64,000 nucleotides of DNA from Anaerolineae bacterium (GCA_034432595.1 DAOUBT010000022.1:10600-74599); one strand, 5' to 3'. Positions 1 to 11,023 are shown, counted from the first letter of the stretch. The notes: generated by a model from the letters alone, not told the origin. Made by a program: numbers and translations.

Positions 1-3000
1 TTGAGCATGGCCTTGAAGCGGAGCGCCTTCTCGACGCTGTGCGCATCGCGCTCACGCCGCTGCCCTGGCAGAACCTGAGCGTGCGCGTGCGTGACGCCAG
101 TGGGACGTGCCGTCCCGTGAGCGATTTTCTTCCCGCCGACACGGCCACGCCGCGCAGCGTGACGGACGCGCTGCCCGCCGCGGCCACAGCCCCGCAGCAG
201 GCCACGCAGACGCAGTCCCTTCGTGGTAAAACAATCTACATCAGCGCCGGGCATGGCTGGCAATGGGGCAAGGATTACAGCAGCAGTTATCCCGCCCAAT
301 GGCGCACGCAACGCCCCGCCTATCAGGACTTCATCGAGGACCACAACAACGCCGAGGCGGTGACGCAGTACCTCATCCGCTACTTAGAACAGGCCGGCGC
401 CACCGTCATCCCTGTCCGCGAGCGGGATTGGGCGAGCTTTGCGCTCATCGCCGATGACGACAGCGGCGCTCCCGTCTATCTCGAAAGCGGAAGCTGGTTT
501 AACGGGACGCGCACGGGTTACGCGGGTGGGACGTATCGTTTCGCCACCACTGTGACGAGCACCGCAACGGCGACCGCCACCTGGCATCTGGAGGTGCCGC
601 AACGCGGCGTTTACGCGCTCTACGCCTGGGTCTACCCCGGCGCGAACCGCGCCGCGGATGCGCGCTATACCTTAGCCACCGCCGCGGGTCCGGTCACGGT
701 CACGCTCGATCAGCGCCTGCGCCAGCCCACCTGGCGCTATTTGGGCAGTTTCCCCTTCTACGCCGGACCGGTCACCATCACCTTGAGCAATCTTTCCGCC
801 AGCGCGGGGCAGGCCGTGATTGCGGATGCGCTGCGCCTCGGCGGGGGCACGTTTGACGACTTAAACGGCATCGAGACCAGCGCCACGGTGGCCCCCAACA
901 AGCCCTGGTGGGAAGTAGCCACCTTCTACTACGCGCAGCGCATGGGCATGGCCCCCTCGCTGTGGAGCTACTATAACGACGTGGTTTCGCGTCCCTATTT
1001 CGCGCGCTGGAATCACGCCGGGAGCAACGAGGACGCACTTTACATCTCCTGGCACACCAATGGCTACAACGGCACGGCGCGCGGCACCACCACCTACGTC
1101 CACAACGGCGAGACTTACCCCCGCACCGCGGGCAGTCTGGAGCTGCAACGCGCCGTCCACAGCGAACTGATCTGGGACATCCGCGCCGGCTGGGATCCCA
1201 ACTGGATAGACCGCGGGCTGAAGCAGGCCAATCTGGGCGAGCTGCGCATGTTGTGGGATAGCGACCCCGCCAACCGTATGCCCGGCATCCTGCTGGAAGT
1301 CGCCTTCCACGACAACCCCGAAGACGCCATGGCGCTTAAAGATCCGCGCTTCAATCAACTGGCAGCGCGCGCGATTTATCAGGGCATCGTCCACTACTTC
1401 GAGCAGCGTGACGGCATCGAGTTGGTGGAGCTGCCCGAACCGCCCACGCACCTGCAGGTGCGCAATGCGAGCAACGGCACGCTGCGCATCCGTTGGCGCC
1501 CATCCCCCACGGATACGGTGGGCTTGCGCGGCGATGCGGCTACCGCGTACCATCTCTACGTGAGCGAGGATGGCTTTGCCTGGAGCGCGCCGGTGCTGGT
1601 CACCGGCACGGAGGCGCTGCTCACCGACCTGCTGCCCGGTGACGTGCGTTTCGTGCGCGTGAGCGCGGTCAACGCAGGCGGGGAATCCTTCCCCAGCGAA
1701 GTGGCAGGCGCGCGCGTGGGCAACACGCCCCCGCTGCTTATCGTCAACGGCTATGATAAGCTCAATGCCTACGGCCTCGTGCCCGAAGAGGACCCGGTGG
1801 AGGGCTTCAACCTGCGCATGTGGGTGGAACGCATGAACCGTGGGGATTACGTCGTGCATCACGGCCTGGCCACGCCCCTGGCTTACGCCTGGGATAGCGC
1901 GAGCAACGAGGCGGTGCGCGACGGCGATGTGGACCTGAACGCCTACGCCATCGTGGATTGGGTGCTGGGCCGCGAGTCGCTGGACGATAACGGCACGTTG
2001 GACGAGAGCGAGCGCGCTTTACTGCGCGCCTACCTGCAAAATGGCGGCTCGCTGCTCATCAGCGGCTCGGAGCTGGCCTGGGACCTGGGCGCTTACGGGC
2101 GCGATGTGGCTTTCCTGCAGGAGACGCTCCGCGCGGCTTACGCGGCGGATGACGCGGGCACGCGCCTGAGTCTCGCCGCCACCACCGGTCCCTTCCGGGG
2201 ATTGGGCGAGCTGCCCTTCGACGCGCCGGATGAGTACCTGGTGGACTCACCCGATGTGCTCTCGCCTCTGAACGGCGCTACTATCGCGTTGCACTACAGC
2301 GGGGTAACTTCCGGCGCCGCGGCGACGTCCTTCACCGCTGGATGTACGCATATCATCGCGATGGGGTTCCCTTTCGAGGCGCTGCGCCCGGACGTGCGCC
2401 CCTCGGTCATGGCGCGCGCGCTGGACTTTCTCGACGCCTGCGCGCCGCAACCCGTCCCCCCCACGCAGGGCTTCCTCAGCCCGCAGGACGGCGGCATCTA
2501 TGCTGCCACGCCCACCATCCAGGGCTGGAGCGCCGGGGAAGTGAGCAAGGTGGAAGTGCAGCTCTGTCGTGCTTCCGGGGTCTGCTGGGATGGTCAGGGT
2601 TGGGTTTCTGGGGGGATATGGTTACGCGCTTCTGGACGTCTCACCTGGAGTTACGCCGCGCCCACGCTGGCGGATGGAGATTATGACCTGCGCGCCCGCG
2701 CCTCCGGCCTGGTGCCCGCCCTCAGCGATGCCGTGATCCACATCACCGTGGATAGCACGCCGCCGCTCACGCCTGTGCTTGAGGCACCATCAGCCAGCGC
2801 CTGGCTCACGGCCACCGAGGTAACGCTTACCTGGCAGGCGCCGTTGGACGAGGGAACGCCGCTGCACTATCAGGTCGAGCTGAACGACAGCGTGGAGGAG
2901 ACGCCGCACCTCGCCCTGACGCGCGCCGTAGAGCCTGGCTGGCATACCTGGCGGGTGCGCGCGGTAGACGCGGCGGGCAACGTCGGGCCGTGGAGCGAGA

Positions 3001-4148
3001 CGCGCAGCTTCCGCGTCGCCCCACCGCCAGAGACGGCGCTCATCACCCCCACGAGCGGCATCTACAGTACCACCCTCGCGATTGAGGGGACGGCGCAGGG
3101 CGCTTACATCGAGCGCGTGGAGGTGCAGCTTCAGCGCAGCGACGGTAGCTACTGGGCGGGCAGTGATTGGACGCCGGTGAGCACCTGGATCAGTGCCACC
3201 CTGGAGCTGGAGCAACGCTTGAAAAGCCCCCTGGAGGTCTGGCGCTGGCAGTTCCCCACCCCACCGCTGGCCGATGGGACTTATGTGCTGCGCGCGCGTG
3301 CCTGGAACGGGAGTTACGATCCCGTTCCCGCGGAAGCGTATTTGATTTACGACACCACGCCACCAGCCGCGCCGCGCCCGCTGGAACCGGCCCCGTCCGC
3401 TTTCCTGCGCGAAATGCCCGTCTATTTCCGCTGGGAGGCTCCGCCCGACGAACCTGCGCCTTTGCTCTACGAAATCGAGGTGGGCGAGCTGCGCGACACG
3501 ACCTGCGATACGGCCTACAGCGCCGAACCGCCGGCAGGCCGTTATCCGTGGCGCGTGCGCGCCATAGATGCCGCCGGCAACGTGAGCGTATGGAGCGATC
3601 CGCAGACGGTCATCGTGGGCACGCAGCAGCTCTATCTGCCGCTCACGCTGCTGCGCTATGGCACCCCGCCGCCGCCACCTCCGCCACCGGATCCATGGCG
3701 CGCGGTGTTCGCCGATGGCTTTGAAGCCACCCCCGGCCCGTGGAGTTACAACCGCTGGGCAACGCGCGTCAGCAATCCGGTTTATGCGGGAAGCTGGGCG
3801 GTGCAGCTTGGAGCTACGGAGCCGGGCGAAGCGGGCTACTCCTCCGTGAGCCTCTCGCTCACCCTGCCGGCGGACGCCACTTCCGTGCGCCTGCGCTATT
3901 GGCGATACACGCCCGGCAGCGGAGATGTGGGCGACACGCACTACGTCAGCGTGCGCGCCGGCGTCACCACGCGCAGCCTGCTGCTGCTCGCGGGCGATCA
4001 CACCGCCGCCTGGACGCGCACCGAACTTGACCTGAGCGCTTATCGTGGACAGAGCATCACGCTTTACCTGGGCGTCTACAACGACGGTGATGCCCAGCTC
4101 ACGCGCGTGATGGTGGATGAGGTAGTGATTGAGGGGTATTATCCGTAG
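1..4148 (+). CDS. Large secreted cell-wall hydrolase, 5' end truncated by the window. Reading frame is open from nt 3; the ORF-track start at 39 is GTG and the first 45 aa have no signal peptide. It carries an N-acetylmuramoyl-L-alanine amidase (Amidase_3) domain plus FN3 and Ig-like repeats and a poly-Pro linker.
   Basis: Amidase_3 hallmarks: IYISAGHG...YISWHTNG...MPGILLEVAFHDNPEDA...AIYQGIVHYF. Repeated W-x-AP-x-D / WRVRAVDAAGNVS FN3-like units. An 11-residue poly-Pro linker near the C-terminus. Frame is open to the window edge. Confidence 0.8.
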   Translation, partial: EHGLEAERLLDAVRIALTPLPWQNLSVRVRDASGTCRPVSDFLPADTATPRSVTDALPAAATAPQQATQTQSLRGKTIYISAGHGWQWGKDYSSSYPAQWRTQRPAYQDFIEDHNNAEAVTQYLIRYLEQAGATVIPVRERDWASFALIADDDSGAPVYLESGSWFNGTRTGYAGGTYRFATTVTSTATATATWHLEVPQRGVYALYAWVYPGANRAADARYTLATAAGPVTVTLDQRLRQPTWRYLGSFPFYAGPVTITLSNLSASAGQAVIADALRLGGGTFDDLNGIETSATVAPNKPWWEVATFYYAQRMGMAPSLWSYYNDVVSRPYFARWNHAGSNEDALYISWHTNGYNGTARGTTTYVHNGETYPRTAGSLELQRAVHSELIWDIRAGWDPNWIDRGLKQANLGELRMLWDSDPANRMPGILLEVAFHDNPEDAMALKDPRFNQLAARAIYQGIVHYFEQRDGIELVELPEPPTHLQVRNASNGTLRIRWRPSPTDTVGLRGDAATAYHLYVSEDGFAWSAPVLVTGTEALLTDLLPGDVRFVRVSAVNAGGESFPSEVAGARVGNTPPLLIVNGYDKLNAYGLVPEEDPVEGFNLRMWVERMNRGDYVVHHGLATPLAYAWDSASNEAVRDGDVDLNAYAIVDWVLGRESLDDNGTLDESERALLRAYLQNGGSLLISGSELAWDLGAYGRDVAFLQETLRAAYAADDAGTRLSLAATTGPFRGLGELPFDAPDEYLVDSPDVLSPLNGATIALHYSGVTSGAAATSFTAGCTHIIAMGFPFEALRPDVRPSVMARALDFLDACAPQPVPPTQGFLSPQDGGIYAATPTIQGWSAGEVSKVEVQLCRASGVCWDGQGWVSGGIWLRASGRLTWSYAAPTLADGDYDLRARASGLVPALSDAVIHITVDSTPPLTPVLEAPSASAWLTATEVTLTWQAPLDEGTPLHYQVELNDSVEETPHLALTRAVEPGWHTWRVRAVDAAGNVGPWSETRSFRVAPPPETALITPTSGIYSTTLAIEGTAQGAYIERVEVQLQRSDGSYWAGSDWTPVSTWISATLELEQRLKSPLEVWRWQFPTPPLADGTYVLRARAWNGSYDPVPAEAYLIYDTTPPAAPRPLEPAPSAFLREMPVYFRWEAPPDEPAPLLYEIEVGELRDTTCDTAYSAEPPAGRYPWRVRAIDAAGNVSVWSDPQTVIVGTQQLYLPLTLLRYGTPPPPPPPPDPWRAVFADGFEATPGPWSYNRWATRVSNPVYAGSWAVQLGATEPGEAGYSSVSLSLTLPADATSVRLRYWRYTPGSGDVGDTHYVSVRAGVTTRSLLLLAGDHTAAWTRTELDLSAYRGQSITLYLGVYNDGDAQLTRVMVDEVVIEGYYP

Positions 4149-4312
4149 AAGCGGGTTGCTGGAAGCGGGTTGCTGGTTGCTGGAAGCGGGTTGCTGGATA
4201 CTGGAAGCTGGATGCTGGTTTCCAGCTTCCTGCTTCCAGTCCTCCCGCTCTCATGCTCTCCCATTCTCCCGCTTCCAGTTCCCAGCTTCCAGCTTCCTGT
4301 TTCCTGTTTTGC
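4149..4312. repeat. Nested direct and inverted repeats (gaagcgggttgctgg x3; ctggaagctgg...ccagcttccag palindromes) filling the gap between two convergent genes. Likely a bidirectional terminator or REP-like element.
   Basis: Read directly: three direct copies of gaagcgggttgctgg, a 10-bp ggaagctgga/tccagcttcc hairpin, and long-range complementarity ctggaagcggg/cccgcttccag. A related motif cgcttccggttcccagctt recurs at about 11270. Confidence 0.6.
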
Positions 4313-4813
4313 TTAAGGCCGGAACTCCGCGACCTTGACGCCGTTCAGCCACACGCTGTACAGCTTGCCCGCGGGGAAACTGCCTAAATTGATGTTGAGC
4401 TGGAACGACTCGGCCATGGCCACACACATCTCGGCGGTGCTGACCAGTTCAGCCGTGATGATGATTTCCCCATCCTCATTGGGGGCATTGACGATATACT
4501 CCAGATTTTCGCATGGGGACTTGTAGCCCTTAAGCTGGAGCATGTATTGCACGGGTTGGCTCTCCATCTGGAGCAGGTCAATGGATTCCAGAGACTCCGG
4601 GTCGAGTGGGGTGCGCGTCCCCGTGCCGCCCCCGCCTACCCCAGCACCAACGCCACCACCGTTGCCAACCGGCGGCATCGGCAACGGTTCAGCGGGTGCA
4701 GTGCCCCGGTCAGGCGCGGAGGGCGTCGGCTCCGGCGTTTTCGCCGTCGCACATCCGCTCAGCAGCAGGCTCAAGATAAGGAACACCAATCCCAGGGTAT
4801 AGAAACGTGACAT
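4313..4813 (-). CDS. Hypothetical lipoprotein with Gly-rich linker and a 2-Cys C-terminal domain
   Basis: ATG at 4813 preceded by GAGGAGG SD. Signal peptide MSRFYTLGLVFLILSLLLSGC with lipobox LSGC. Confidence 0.6.
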   Translation of the reverse strand: MSRFYTLGLVFLILSLLLSGCATAKTPEPTPSAPDRGTAPAEPLPMPPVGNGGGVGAGVGGGGTGTRTPLDPESLESIDLLQMESQPVQYMLQLKGYKSPCENLEYIVNAPNEDGEIIITAELVSTAEMCVAMAESFQLNINLGSFPAGKLYSVWLNGVKVAEFRP

Positions 4814-5182
4814 CGTATCCTCCTCACGTGAAATGGATATGATCTGGCGGCCTTGTGGCTCACCACTGATAAAACGCATGAAGGCCCATTCAGGTTCCGG
4901 GTCAAGTTGCGACCGGGGAAAGTTAAAGGGGTTCAGCCATCGCGGGGAATGCCGGTAAACGCCAGGGCACAGGGTTCATCCCACTGCCCTTGCTGACGGG
5001 GCAAAATGCCATGGCCTGCCCATTCCAGGCAGGAAGGGAACGGTTCATCTTTTTCCCATATTTGCGGAAGATGTGGAAGGGAAAGCCATTACGCAGGAAG
5101 ACAAAACTGTGCAGCCTGAATCCGCAACGGGATAGCCGTACTTCAAGCAGCAGCCATAGACGGAACCGCCTCCCGCGGCGCG

Positions 5183-6202
5183 TCAGGCTTCCTCGAAGGG
5201 GAACTCCGCTTCCAGCGTGGTGTAGAAATCCGCGGGACGCAGCACGTCGGGATAGAGACCGCAGAGGGCAAGATGACGGCGCACGTCCACGCAGAGATGG
5301 CACTTATCCGCGTAGTGACGCCGCCAGAGATAACCGTGCACGCGCGCGGCCCAGGTCGCCAGACCATACGGCCCCTCGTGGATGAGGTGCAGCAACGGCT
5401 CGGCCAAATCGCCCCGCTCGACACGATCCACCAGCGCCGGCCAATCGCGCCACGGGCCAAGGACGATGCCACCACAGAAGGCAGGGATGAAATCGCCATA
5501 GAGGTCAAAGTGTACATGCGGCGCGTTGAGCAGCTCCACGGCGCAGGTCTCGCCGCTGAAGGCCTCCGCCGGCAAGCGCGGCGCAAAACGCGCCAGCGCA
5601 TAGCCAGCCCGTCCGCCCCCCATCAGGCCATAACCATGCCAGAGCAAACGTCGCGTCCCCTCCACGCCGTACCGTTCAAGGTAACGCTGCAAAGGCGTGA
5701 CGGTCTGCACGCCAAAGCTGAGCATCTCCTCAAGGTACTGCGCCTGATAGACGAGCACGCGCCGCGGTCCAAAGATGGCCTGCGCGGTGCGCACCGCCAG
5801 CAGCGTGCGCTGCGGCGGGATGTGTTCTGCCTGATAGGGAGAACAACTGATGAGCACCCCCCATAAGCCCGCCGCGCGCAGGGCCGAAAATTTTGTCACC
5901 GCATCCGCTTCGTTGACGCACCAGCCGGCGTTGGTCTCCAGGTACACGCCGATGCCGCGTCGCGTCGCCTCGCGCACGGCTTCTAAGAGCAGGGGATAAA
6001 CGAGGAACGGCTCGCCACCGGTGAGGTGAATTTGCGGTGGCCCCGGCAGTGCAGCCACCACGTCCAGCGCCGCCTGCAGAACAGGGCGCTCCATGCTCTC
6101 CACGGGGCGCTGCGGCCCACAGGCATAGATGCAGTGCGCGCATCCGGCCTGACACAGGTAGGTGAGGATGATGCCGATGTCCTGAGGAACTAAAATGGTC
6201 AT
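5183..6202 (-). CDS. Radical SAM enzyme (CxxxCxxC near N-terminus, Cys-rich C-terminal region); function unknown
   Basis: MTILVPQDIGIILTYLCQAGCAHC (Cx3Cx2C), GGEPFL glycine-rich SAM motif, C-terminal CHLCVDVRRHLALC cluster. ATG at 6202. Sits directly downstream of the TgpA-like gene on the same strand. Confidence 0.75.
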   Translation of the reverse strand: MTILVPQDIGIILTYLCQAGCAHCIYACGPQRPVESMERPVLQAALDVVAALPGPPQIHLTGGEPFLVYPLLLEAVREATRRGIGVYLETNAGWCVNEADAVTKFSALRAAGLWGVLISCSPYQAEHIPPQRTLLAVRTAQAIFGPRRVLVYQAQYLEEMLSFGVQTVTPLQRYLERYGVEGTRRLLWHGYGLMGGGRAGYALARFAPRLPAEAFSGETCAVELLNAPHVHFDLYGDFIPAFCGGIVLGPWRDWPALVDRVERGDLAEPLLHLIHEGPYGLATWAARVHGYLWRRHYADKCHLCVDVRRHLALCGLYPDVLRPADFYTTLEAEFPFEEA

Positions 6203-6286
6203 GGTTCGTTCGCTCCGTTTGAAAAATGCCAATACCATCGTGGGGGCCCGGTCCGCGTGGGGCACGCCTTGCGCGTGCCCCTACCG

Positions 6287-8740
6287 CTACCGCATCACCA
6301 CCGGCGGACCGGAAAACGGTCCGCGTTCCGGCACAAGCACCGCGCGCGCCCGTCCACGCCGCAACCGCCGCTGCACGCCCAACCACACGCGCAACAGGAA
6401 CAACGGCGCGCGCATCCGCAACCAGGCGCGCACGGCCTGCCGCGCCTCCGCTTCGAGCGCTGCTGTCGGCGCGTAGCAGGCACGCTCCAACGCCATCACC
6501 ACGATTTCCGCGCCGGCGCGGAGCGCATCCCCGCCGCGGAAAGGCGCGTCGGCTTGCAAAAGCGCGGCGCGTTCCGTCCAAAGCGCCAGGAATTCGCGCG
6601 GCGTCTCGCCTCCCCGCAGGATGAGGCCCAGCCGGGATCCATATCCCCATAATTTTTGATAGATGAGGTACAACCGCCGCGCCGGACTTTGCCGCTGTAA
6701 CCAGGCCAGTTCGCCTACCCCCCAGAGCAGCGCGCCCACTACCACCAGCAGCGGAACGCCGGGCATCAGCCAGCCCGTCCACGCGGGACGGCGTAACGGC
6801 GGCAGGGGCGTCGGTTGCAGCGCTTCCGCTACCGGCACGATCACGTCGGGACGGCGCAGTTCCGGCACGCCCGCCGTGGGTTCAAATTCGATCCAGCCGT
6901 AGGAAGGAAAGTAGATTTCAACCCAGGCATGGGCGTTTTTCTCGCGCACCAGATAGGCGTCGCGCGCCGGCTCGTAGGTGCCCGTGGCATAGCCTACCAC
7001 CAGACGCGCCGGTAATCCCGCCGCCCGCGCCAGCACTACCATCGCCGAGGCGTAGTAGTCACAGTAGCCACGTTGCAGCTCAAAAAGGAAGTAGTCCACC
7101 ACGTCCTTGCCCGCATCGGGCAGGGGGACGTTGAGGTTGTAGGGATAGGTGCTGCGCAGGTAGGTTTCGATGGCGACCGCCCGGTCGTAGGCCGTGGCCT
7201 GCCCGGCAGTCAGCTCGCGCGCCAGGGCCAACACGCGCTCCGGCACCGTGTCGGGCAGTTGGAGATAGCGCGCCGTGATGTCCGGCGGGTATTGCGTCCC
7301 TGCCGCGCGCAGTTGCGCCGCGCTCACCTGCGGGAGCAGCGAATCCGCGCGATAGGTTCGGGCCTCTGTCAGTACGCCGAAGATGTCACCCGTGCCGCGC
7401 CAGGCCACGCTATAGGCGTGATCCAGGGCCAGGGGGGTGCCCGCCACCGCGACAAAACTCAGGGTGTCATCCAGCACGGTAACGCTCTGCCGCAGCACGC
7501 GGTAATCGCTGCGCGCCGGGATGGGTAAGGTGGCGCCGGCGGGATAACGTTCGGTGCGGGTACCGGTGGCGAACCAGCCGCGCCCGTTGTAGTAATCGTA
7601 GGTGAGCAGACGCCAGTAATAGCGCGGAGGCAGGTCCACCGTGGACGAGGGGACGTATTGCGCCTGTACCTGCACCCGCAGCACGGGACGCTCGGTGAGT
7701 TCGGGCGTGGCGCCCAGCAGATGGCGACGCGGCAGGCCCCCCGTCCCGGCCTGCGCAAAGCGCGCCGTATCCGGCGGCGGGGTTTCCAGGCCGATGGACT
7801 CGCCCACGCGCTCGACCGCGCCGCGCGTGCCCTCGGTGAGGCGCGTAAAGGTGCGTCGCAAGGTCGTCCAATTCAGCCCCGGCATGATGACCGCCAGCAG
7901 GAGCAGCACCACCGTCACCGCGGTGGCGCCCCAAAAGAGGTCGGTGCGGATGTCGCGGGAGTAGTCAATGCCGCGCTGCAGCCAATCCCCCTCGCGCCGG
8001 TCGTGGGCCACCAGAGCCAACAGCAGCAGGAAAACGGCGAGGAAGCTCACCAGGAAACCGCTCGACGCGCCGGTATAGGCCAGCACAAAGCTCAACAGCG
8101 CACCCGGCAGCAGGAAAGCAAGCAGTACCTGCTGATGGCGGCGCACCCACCACGCCATCCAGACGCCGAGAAGCTGCAGCAGCCAGCACCAGGCCAGCAA
8201 TGCGGCCACCGGATCGTAGTAAGCGCGGCGCATCAACAAGGCCACCAGCCATTCCAGGGTTCTGGCCAGGATGATGAAGGCCGAGCGCAACAAGGTGCCC
8301 CACGTCTGAGCCAGCGGCGTCCAGGCGGGGGCGGGTGGGAGGAGCGCGCCGTCGAGCCAGGCCAGCAGCGCCGTCACCAGCCAGCGCAGGCTCGCCGCCG
8401 CCAGGACGAAGAACCACCCCACCCCGCGCGCCAGGTCATCCCAAAGGCCACCGACCTGCACCAGCGCTATCGTTGCGCTGAACAGGGCCGCCAGAAGCAA
8501 GGCGCGACGTGCCGTCCAGCGCGTGCGCGCCAGCCCCCATCCGCTGAGTACCCCCAGCCAGGCGAAAGCGATGAGGGTGTCGCGTGGGAGTTGCCGTCCC
8601 GTGGCCACGATGGACCACGCCACCCAGGTCAGGGCCAGGCCCAGCAGAAGCGCGTAACCCAGGTGGAAGATACGGCGGAAGCCCCACTGGATCAGGCGCA
8701 GCAAGGGATCGCTCAAGTAGGTTTCCGGCGCGCTATCCAT
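6287..8740 (-). CDS. Transglutaminase-like domain membrane protein (TgpA/DUF3488-type)
   Basis: Multi-TM N-terminal half plus transglutaminase core motif [27 protein letters not shown]. Overlaps the DUF58 gene by 8 nt. Confidence 0.8.
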   Translation of the reverse strand: MDSAPETYLSDPLLRLIQWGFRRIFHLGYALLLGLALTWVAWSIVATGRQLPRDTLIAFAWLGVLSGWGLARTRWTARRALLLAALFSATIALVQVGGLWDDLARGVGWFFVLAAASLRWLVTALLAWLDGALLPPAPAWTPLAQTWGTLLRSAFIILARTLEWLVALLMRRAYYDPVAALLAWCWLLQLLGVWMAWWVRRHQQVLLAFLLPGALLSFVLAYTGASSGFLVSFLAVFLLLLALVAHDRREGDWLQRGIDYSRDIRTDLFWGATAVTVVLLLLAVIMPGLNWTTLRRTFTRLTEGTRGAVERVGESIGLETPPPDTARFAQAGTGGLPRRHLLGATPELTERPVLRVQVQAQYVPSSTVDLPPRYYWRLLTYDYYNGRGWFATGTRTERYPAGATLPIPARSDYRVLRQSVTVLDDTLSFVAVAGTPLALDHAYSVAWRGTGDIFGVLTEARTYRADSLLPQVSAAQLRAAGTQYPPDITARYLQLPDTVPERVLALARELTAGQATAYDRAVAIETYLRSTYPYNLNVPLPDAGKDVVDYFLFELQRGYCDYYASAMVVLARAAGLPARLVVGYATGTYEPARDAYLVREKNAHAWVEIYFPSYGWIEFEPTAGVPELRRPDVIVPVAEALQPTPLPPLRRPAWTGWLMPGVPLLVVVGALLWGVGELAWLQRQSPARRLYLIYQKLWGYGSRLGLILRGGETPREFLALWTERAALLQADAPFRGGDALRAGAEIVVMALERACYAPTAALEAEARQAVRAWLRMRAPLFLLRVWLGVQRRLRRGRARAVLVPERGPFSGPPVVMR

Positions 8741-10049
8741 GCCCCCCTCCCAGCAAGCGCCAGTCCCAATCCGCAGCGCGGCGCGCCGTGCTCACGCGCC
8801 CATAGCCCAAAGGGCGACGGCTCTCATCGGGCGGATGCGGGCGTTCAAATTCAGCGCGCTGCAGGAGACTGTAACGCACGCCCCAGCGCGCCAACATCTG
8901 CATCGTCACCGCCGGATCCCCCTCCCCGTCGAAACTGCGCGGGTCCAGCAGCAACACGGTAGGCACCACCCCGCGGCGCAGGAGCGGGATGAGGGCCTCA
9001 ATCCACCCACTCTGCACGGCGGGGGTGATGATGATGAGGGAGGGATAAGCGCCCAGGGTTGGCGCGGCGCGCGTCAACACCTGCGCCAGGGTCAAAGGGC
9101 CGGGTTTGACGAGGGCCAGCGCGCGCAAAATCTCCCAGCGTTGCCCTTCCCCGCCTGCCGGCGGCAGCCAGATGGGCTGTGCGCCGTGCGCGATCAACCC
9201 CACCTTGTGCCCCTCGCGCAATCCACGGTCAGCCAGAGAAGCGGCAATCATCACCCCGTACTCTTCAGTGGACTCGTCCTCACGCCCCACCTGCACGCGG
9301 CGGTCAAGATCGAGCACCAGCCACCAGTCACCCGCGGGCGTGCCGTCGAAGAGGCGCACGTAGAGCGCGTCGCGATGGGCGGAGAGCTTCCAGTGAATCC
9401 AGCGGTAACTATCGCCGGGCTGATAGGGGCGCGCGGTAGCCGCGCTGACGGTGCGTTCCGGCGCATACTCGCGCGGACGGCCCTCACCGGCACGGCCACC
9501 GGGCGCAATTTCAATCTGCGGCAGGGGGACGATGGGCGGGGTCACCATCAGTGTGGTCCAATGGGGATAGGTGCGGATGAAAGTGAAGATGCCAAACGGG
9601 TCGCCACTGCGCAGTTGGGTTGGTCCCAGGGTGTAGAGACCGCGGCGCGTGCACCAGGTCTCGCGGTGCCAGCGAATCGCATCCCGCGCCGGTGCGCCGG
9701 TGCCCCGGCTGGCCTGATAACCGGGCAGGGTGGATTGGTCGCGCACTTCGAGCCAGAGCGCGGGCCAGGCCGTGGGGTTCTCCAGCGTGAAGCGCTCCAC
9801 CAGCCGGTCCCCCACCTGTGCCCAACCGAAGCGCATCTCACGGCGCAGGACAAGCCGTCGCGCCAGGGCTAACGTCCAGACCAGGCTCACCAGCAGCAGC
9901 CCTATGAGGGTGACGAGCAAGACGCGCCAGCCGCGGTATGGGTCAAGCAAGGCAACGATGAACACCAGACCGGTCAAAGCGACCAGGTAAGGCTGTTCGC
10001 AGCGCACCTCCGTTTGCGGGGGAAGCTTGAGCCAGCGCCTCAGCTGCAT
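8733..10049 (-). CDS. DUF58 domain protein (MoxR-associated, vWA-like)
   Basis: N-terminal TM pair followed by a DUF58-like core ([28 protein letters not shown]...WWLVLDLD). Canonical position between the MoxR and TgpA genes. Confidence 0.8.
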   Translation of the reverse strand: MQLRRWLKLPPQTEVRCEQPYLVALTGLVFIVALLDPYRGWRVLLVTLIGLLLVSLVWTLALARRLVLRREMRFGWAQVGDRLVERFTLENPTAWPALWLEVRDQSTLPGYQASRGTGAPARDAIRWHRETWCTRRGLYTLGPTQLRSGDPFGIFTFIRTYPHWTTLMVTPPIVPLPQIEIAPGGRAGEGRPREYAPERTVSAATARPYQPGDSYRWIHWKLSAHRDALYVRLFDGTPAGDWWLVLDLDRRVQVGREDESTEEYGVMIAASLADRGLREGHKVGLIAHGAQPIWLPPAGGEGQRWEILRALALVKPGPLTLAQVLTRAAPTLGAYPSLIIITPAVQSGWIEALIPLLRRGVVPTVLLLDPRSFDGEGDPAVTMQMLARWGVRYSLLQRAEFERPHPPDESRRPLGYGRVSTARRAADWDWRLLGGGHG

Positions 10050-10069
10050 GGCAACCTCACACCATCGGC

Positions 10070-11023
10070 TCAGGGCCGTTCGGCGCTCAAGGCAGGCACG
10101 GGCAGACGCGCAAGCAGCTCGCGCAGGATGTCCTGCGTGCTCTGACTGCGGAAGCGCGCGCCGGGACCGAGGATGAGGCGATGGGCGAGCACCGGCAGCG
10201 CCAGGGCCTTCACGTCGTCGGGGAGCACGTAATCGCGTCCGTAGCGTGCAGCGCGCACCTGCGCGGCGCGGTAGAGCGCCAGGCTGCCGCGCGGCCCCGC
10301 ACCGAGAAACACATCCGTCAGTTGCCGCGTTTGACGGGTGAGGTCCACAATGTACTCCTCCACCGCGGGGGCCACGTACACGTGCTTCACCGCCTCCTGC
10401 GCAGCGAGCAGTTCCTCCAGCGCGACGACGGGTTCCAGCGTTTCCAGGGGATGGCGCAATTTTTGCTCGCGCAGCACCTGAATTTCGTCCTCGCGTTCGG
10501 GATAACCCAGGGTGACGCGCATCAAGAAGCGGTCAAGCTGACCTTCGGGCAAAGCAAAGGTGCCCTCGTATTCCAGCGGGTTCTGCGTGGCGAGCACCAT
10601 GAACGGCTCTGGCAAGGGATGGGTCACCCCATCCACAGTGACCTGATATTCGGCCATGGCTTCCAACAGCGCGGCCTGGGTTTTGGGGGTAGCGCGGTTA
10701 ATCTCATCCGCCAGGACGATGTTGGCAAAGAGGGGACCGGGATGAAACTCGAAGCTGCGGGTGAGGGGATTGAAAACGGTAACACCGGTCAGATCGCTGG
10801 GGAGCATATCGGGCGTGAACTGCACGCGATTGAAGTCGCATCCCAGCGAGCGGGCCAGGCTGCGCGCAAGCACCGTTTTCCCCACCCCCGGCACATCTTC
10901 AATCAGAATGTGGCCGTGCGCCAGCAAACCTGTGACGACCAGCTCAACGGCCTGCGACTTTCCCACGATCACGCGCTCCAGGTTGGCAATGAGGCGTTCC
11001 ATCAAGGCCTTGACGGTATCCAT
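10070..11023 (-). CDS. MoxR-family AAA+ ATPase
   Basis: Walker A DVPGVGKT; MoxR signature LARSLARSLGCDFNRVQFTPDMLPSDLTG. ATG 11023 has a GGAGG SD; the ORF-track start at 11038 is TTG. Confidence 0.9.
   Translation of the reverse strand: MDTVKALMERLIANLERVIVGKSQAVELVVTGLLAHGHILIEDVPGVGKTVLARSLARSLGCDFNRVQFTPDMLPSDLTGVTVFNPLTRSFEFHPGPLFANIVLADEINRATPKTQAALLEAMAEYQVTVDGVTHPLPEPFMVLATQNPLEYEGTFALPEGQLDRFLMRVTLGYPEREDEIQVLREQKLRHPLETLEPVVALEELLAAQEAVKHVYVAPAVEEYIVDLTRQTRQLTDVFLGAGPRGSLALYRAAQVRAARYGRDYVLPDDVKALALPVLAHRLILGPGARFRSQSTQDILRELLARLPVPALSAERP

Noticed and set aside
861-1862. 333-aa minus-strand ORF inside the amidase gene, and many similar long antisense ORFs (for example 2790-4001, 5730-6782, 7658-8962, 8739-9872, 10181-11059, 28060-29436, 31696-33156, 33727-35055, 41591-42124, 46341-47630, 62553-63428, 63296-63991)
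   Set aside because: These are typical shadow ORFs of high-GC DNA. They are Arg/Ala/Pro/Gly-rich, have no SD, and lie opposite or out of frame of genes with clear domain signatures.
4129-4338. 69-aa ORF with LLEAGCW repeats
   Set aside because: It is the translation of the tandem/palindromic DNA repeat in the convergent junction, not a protein.
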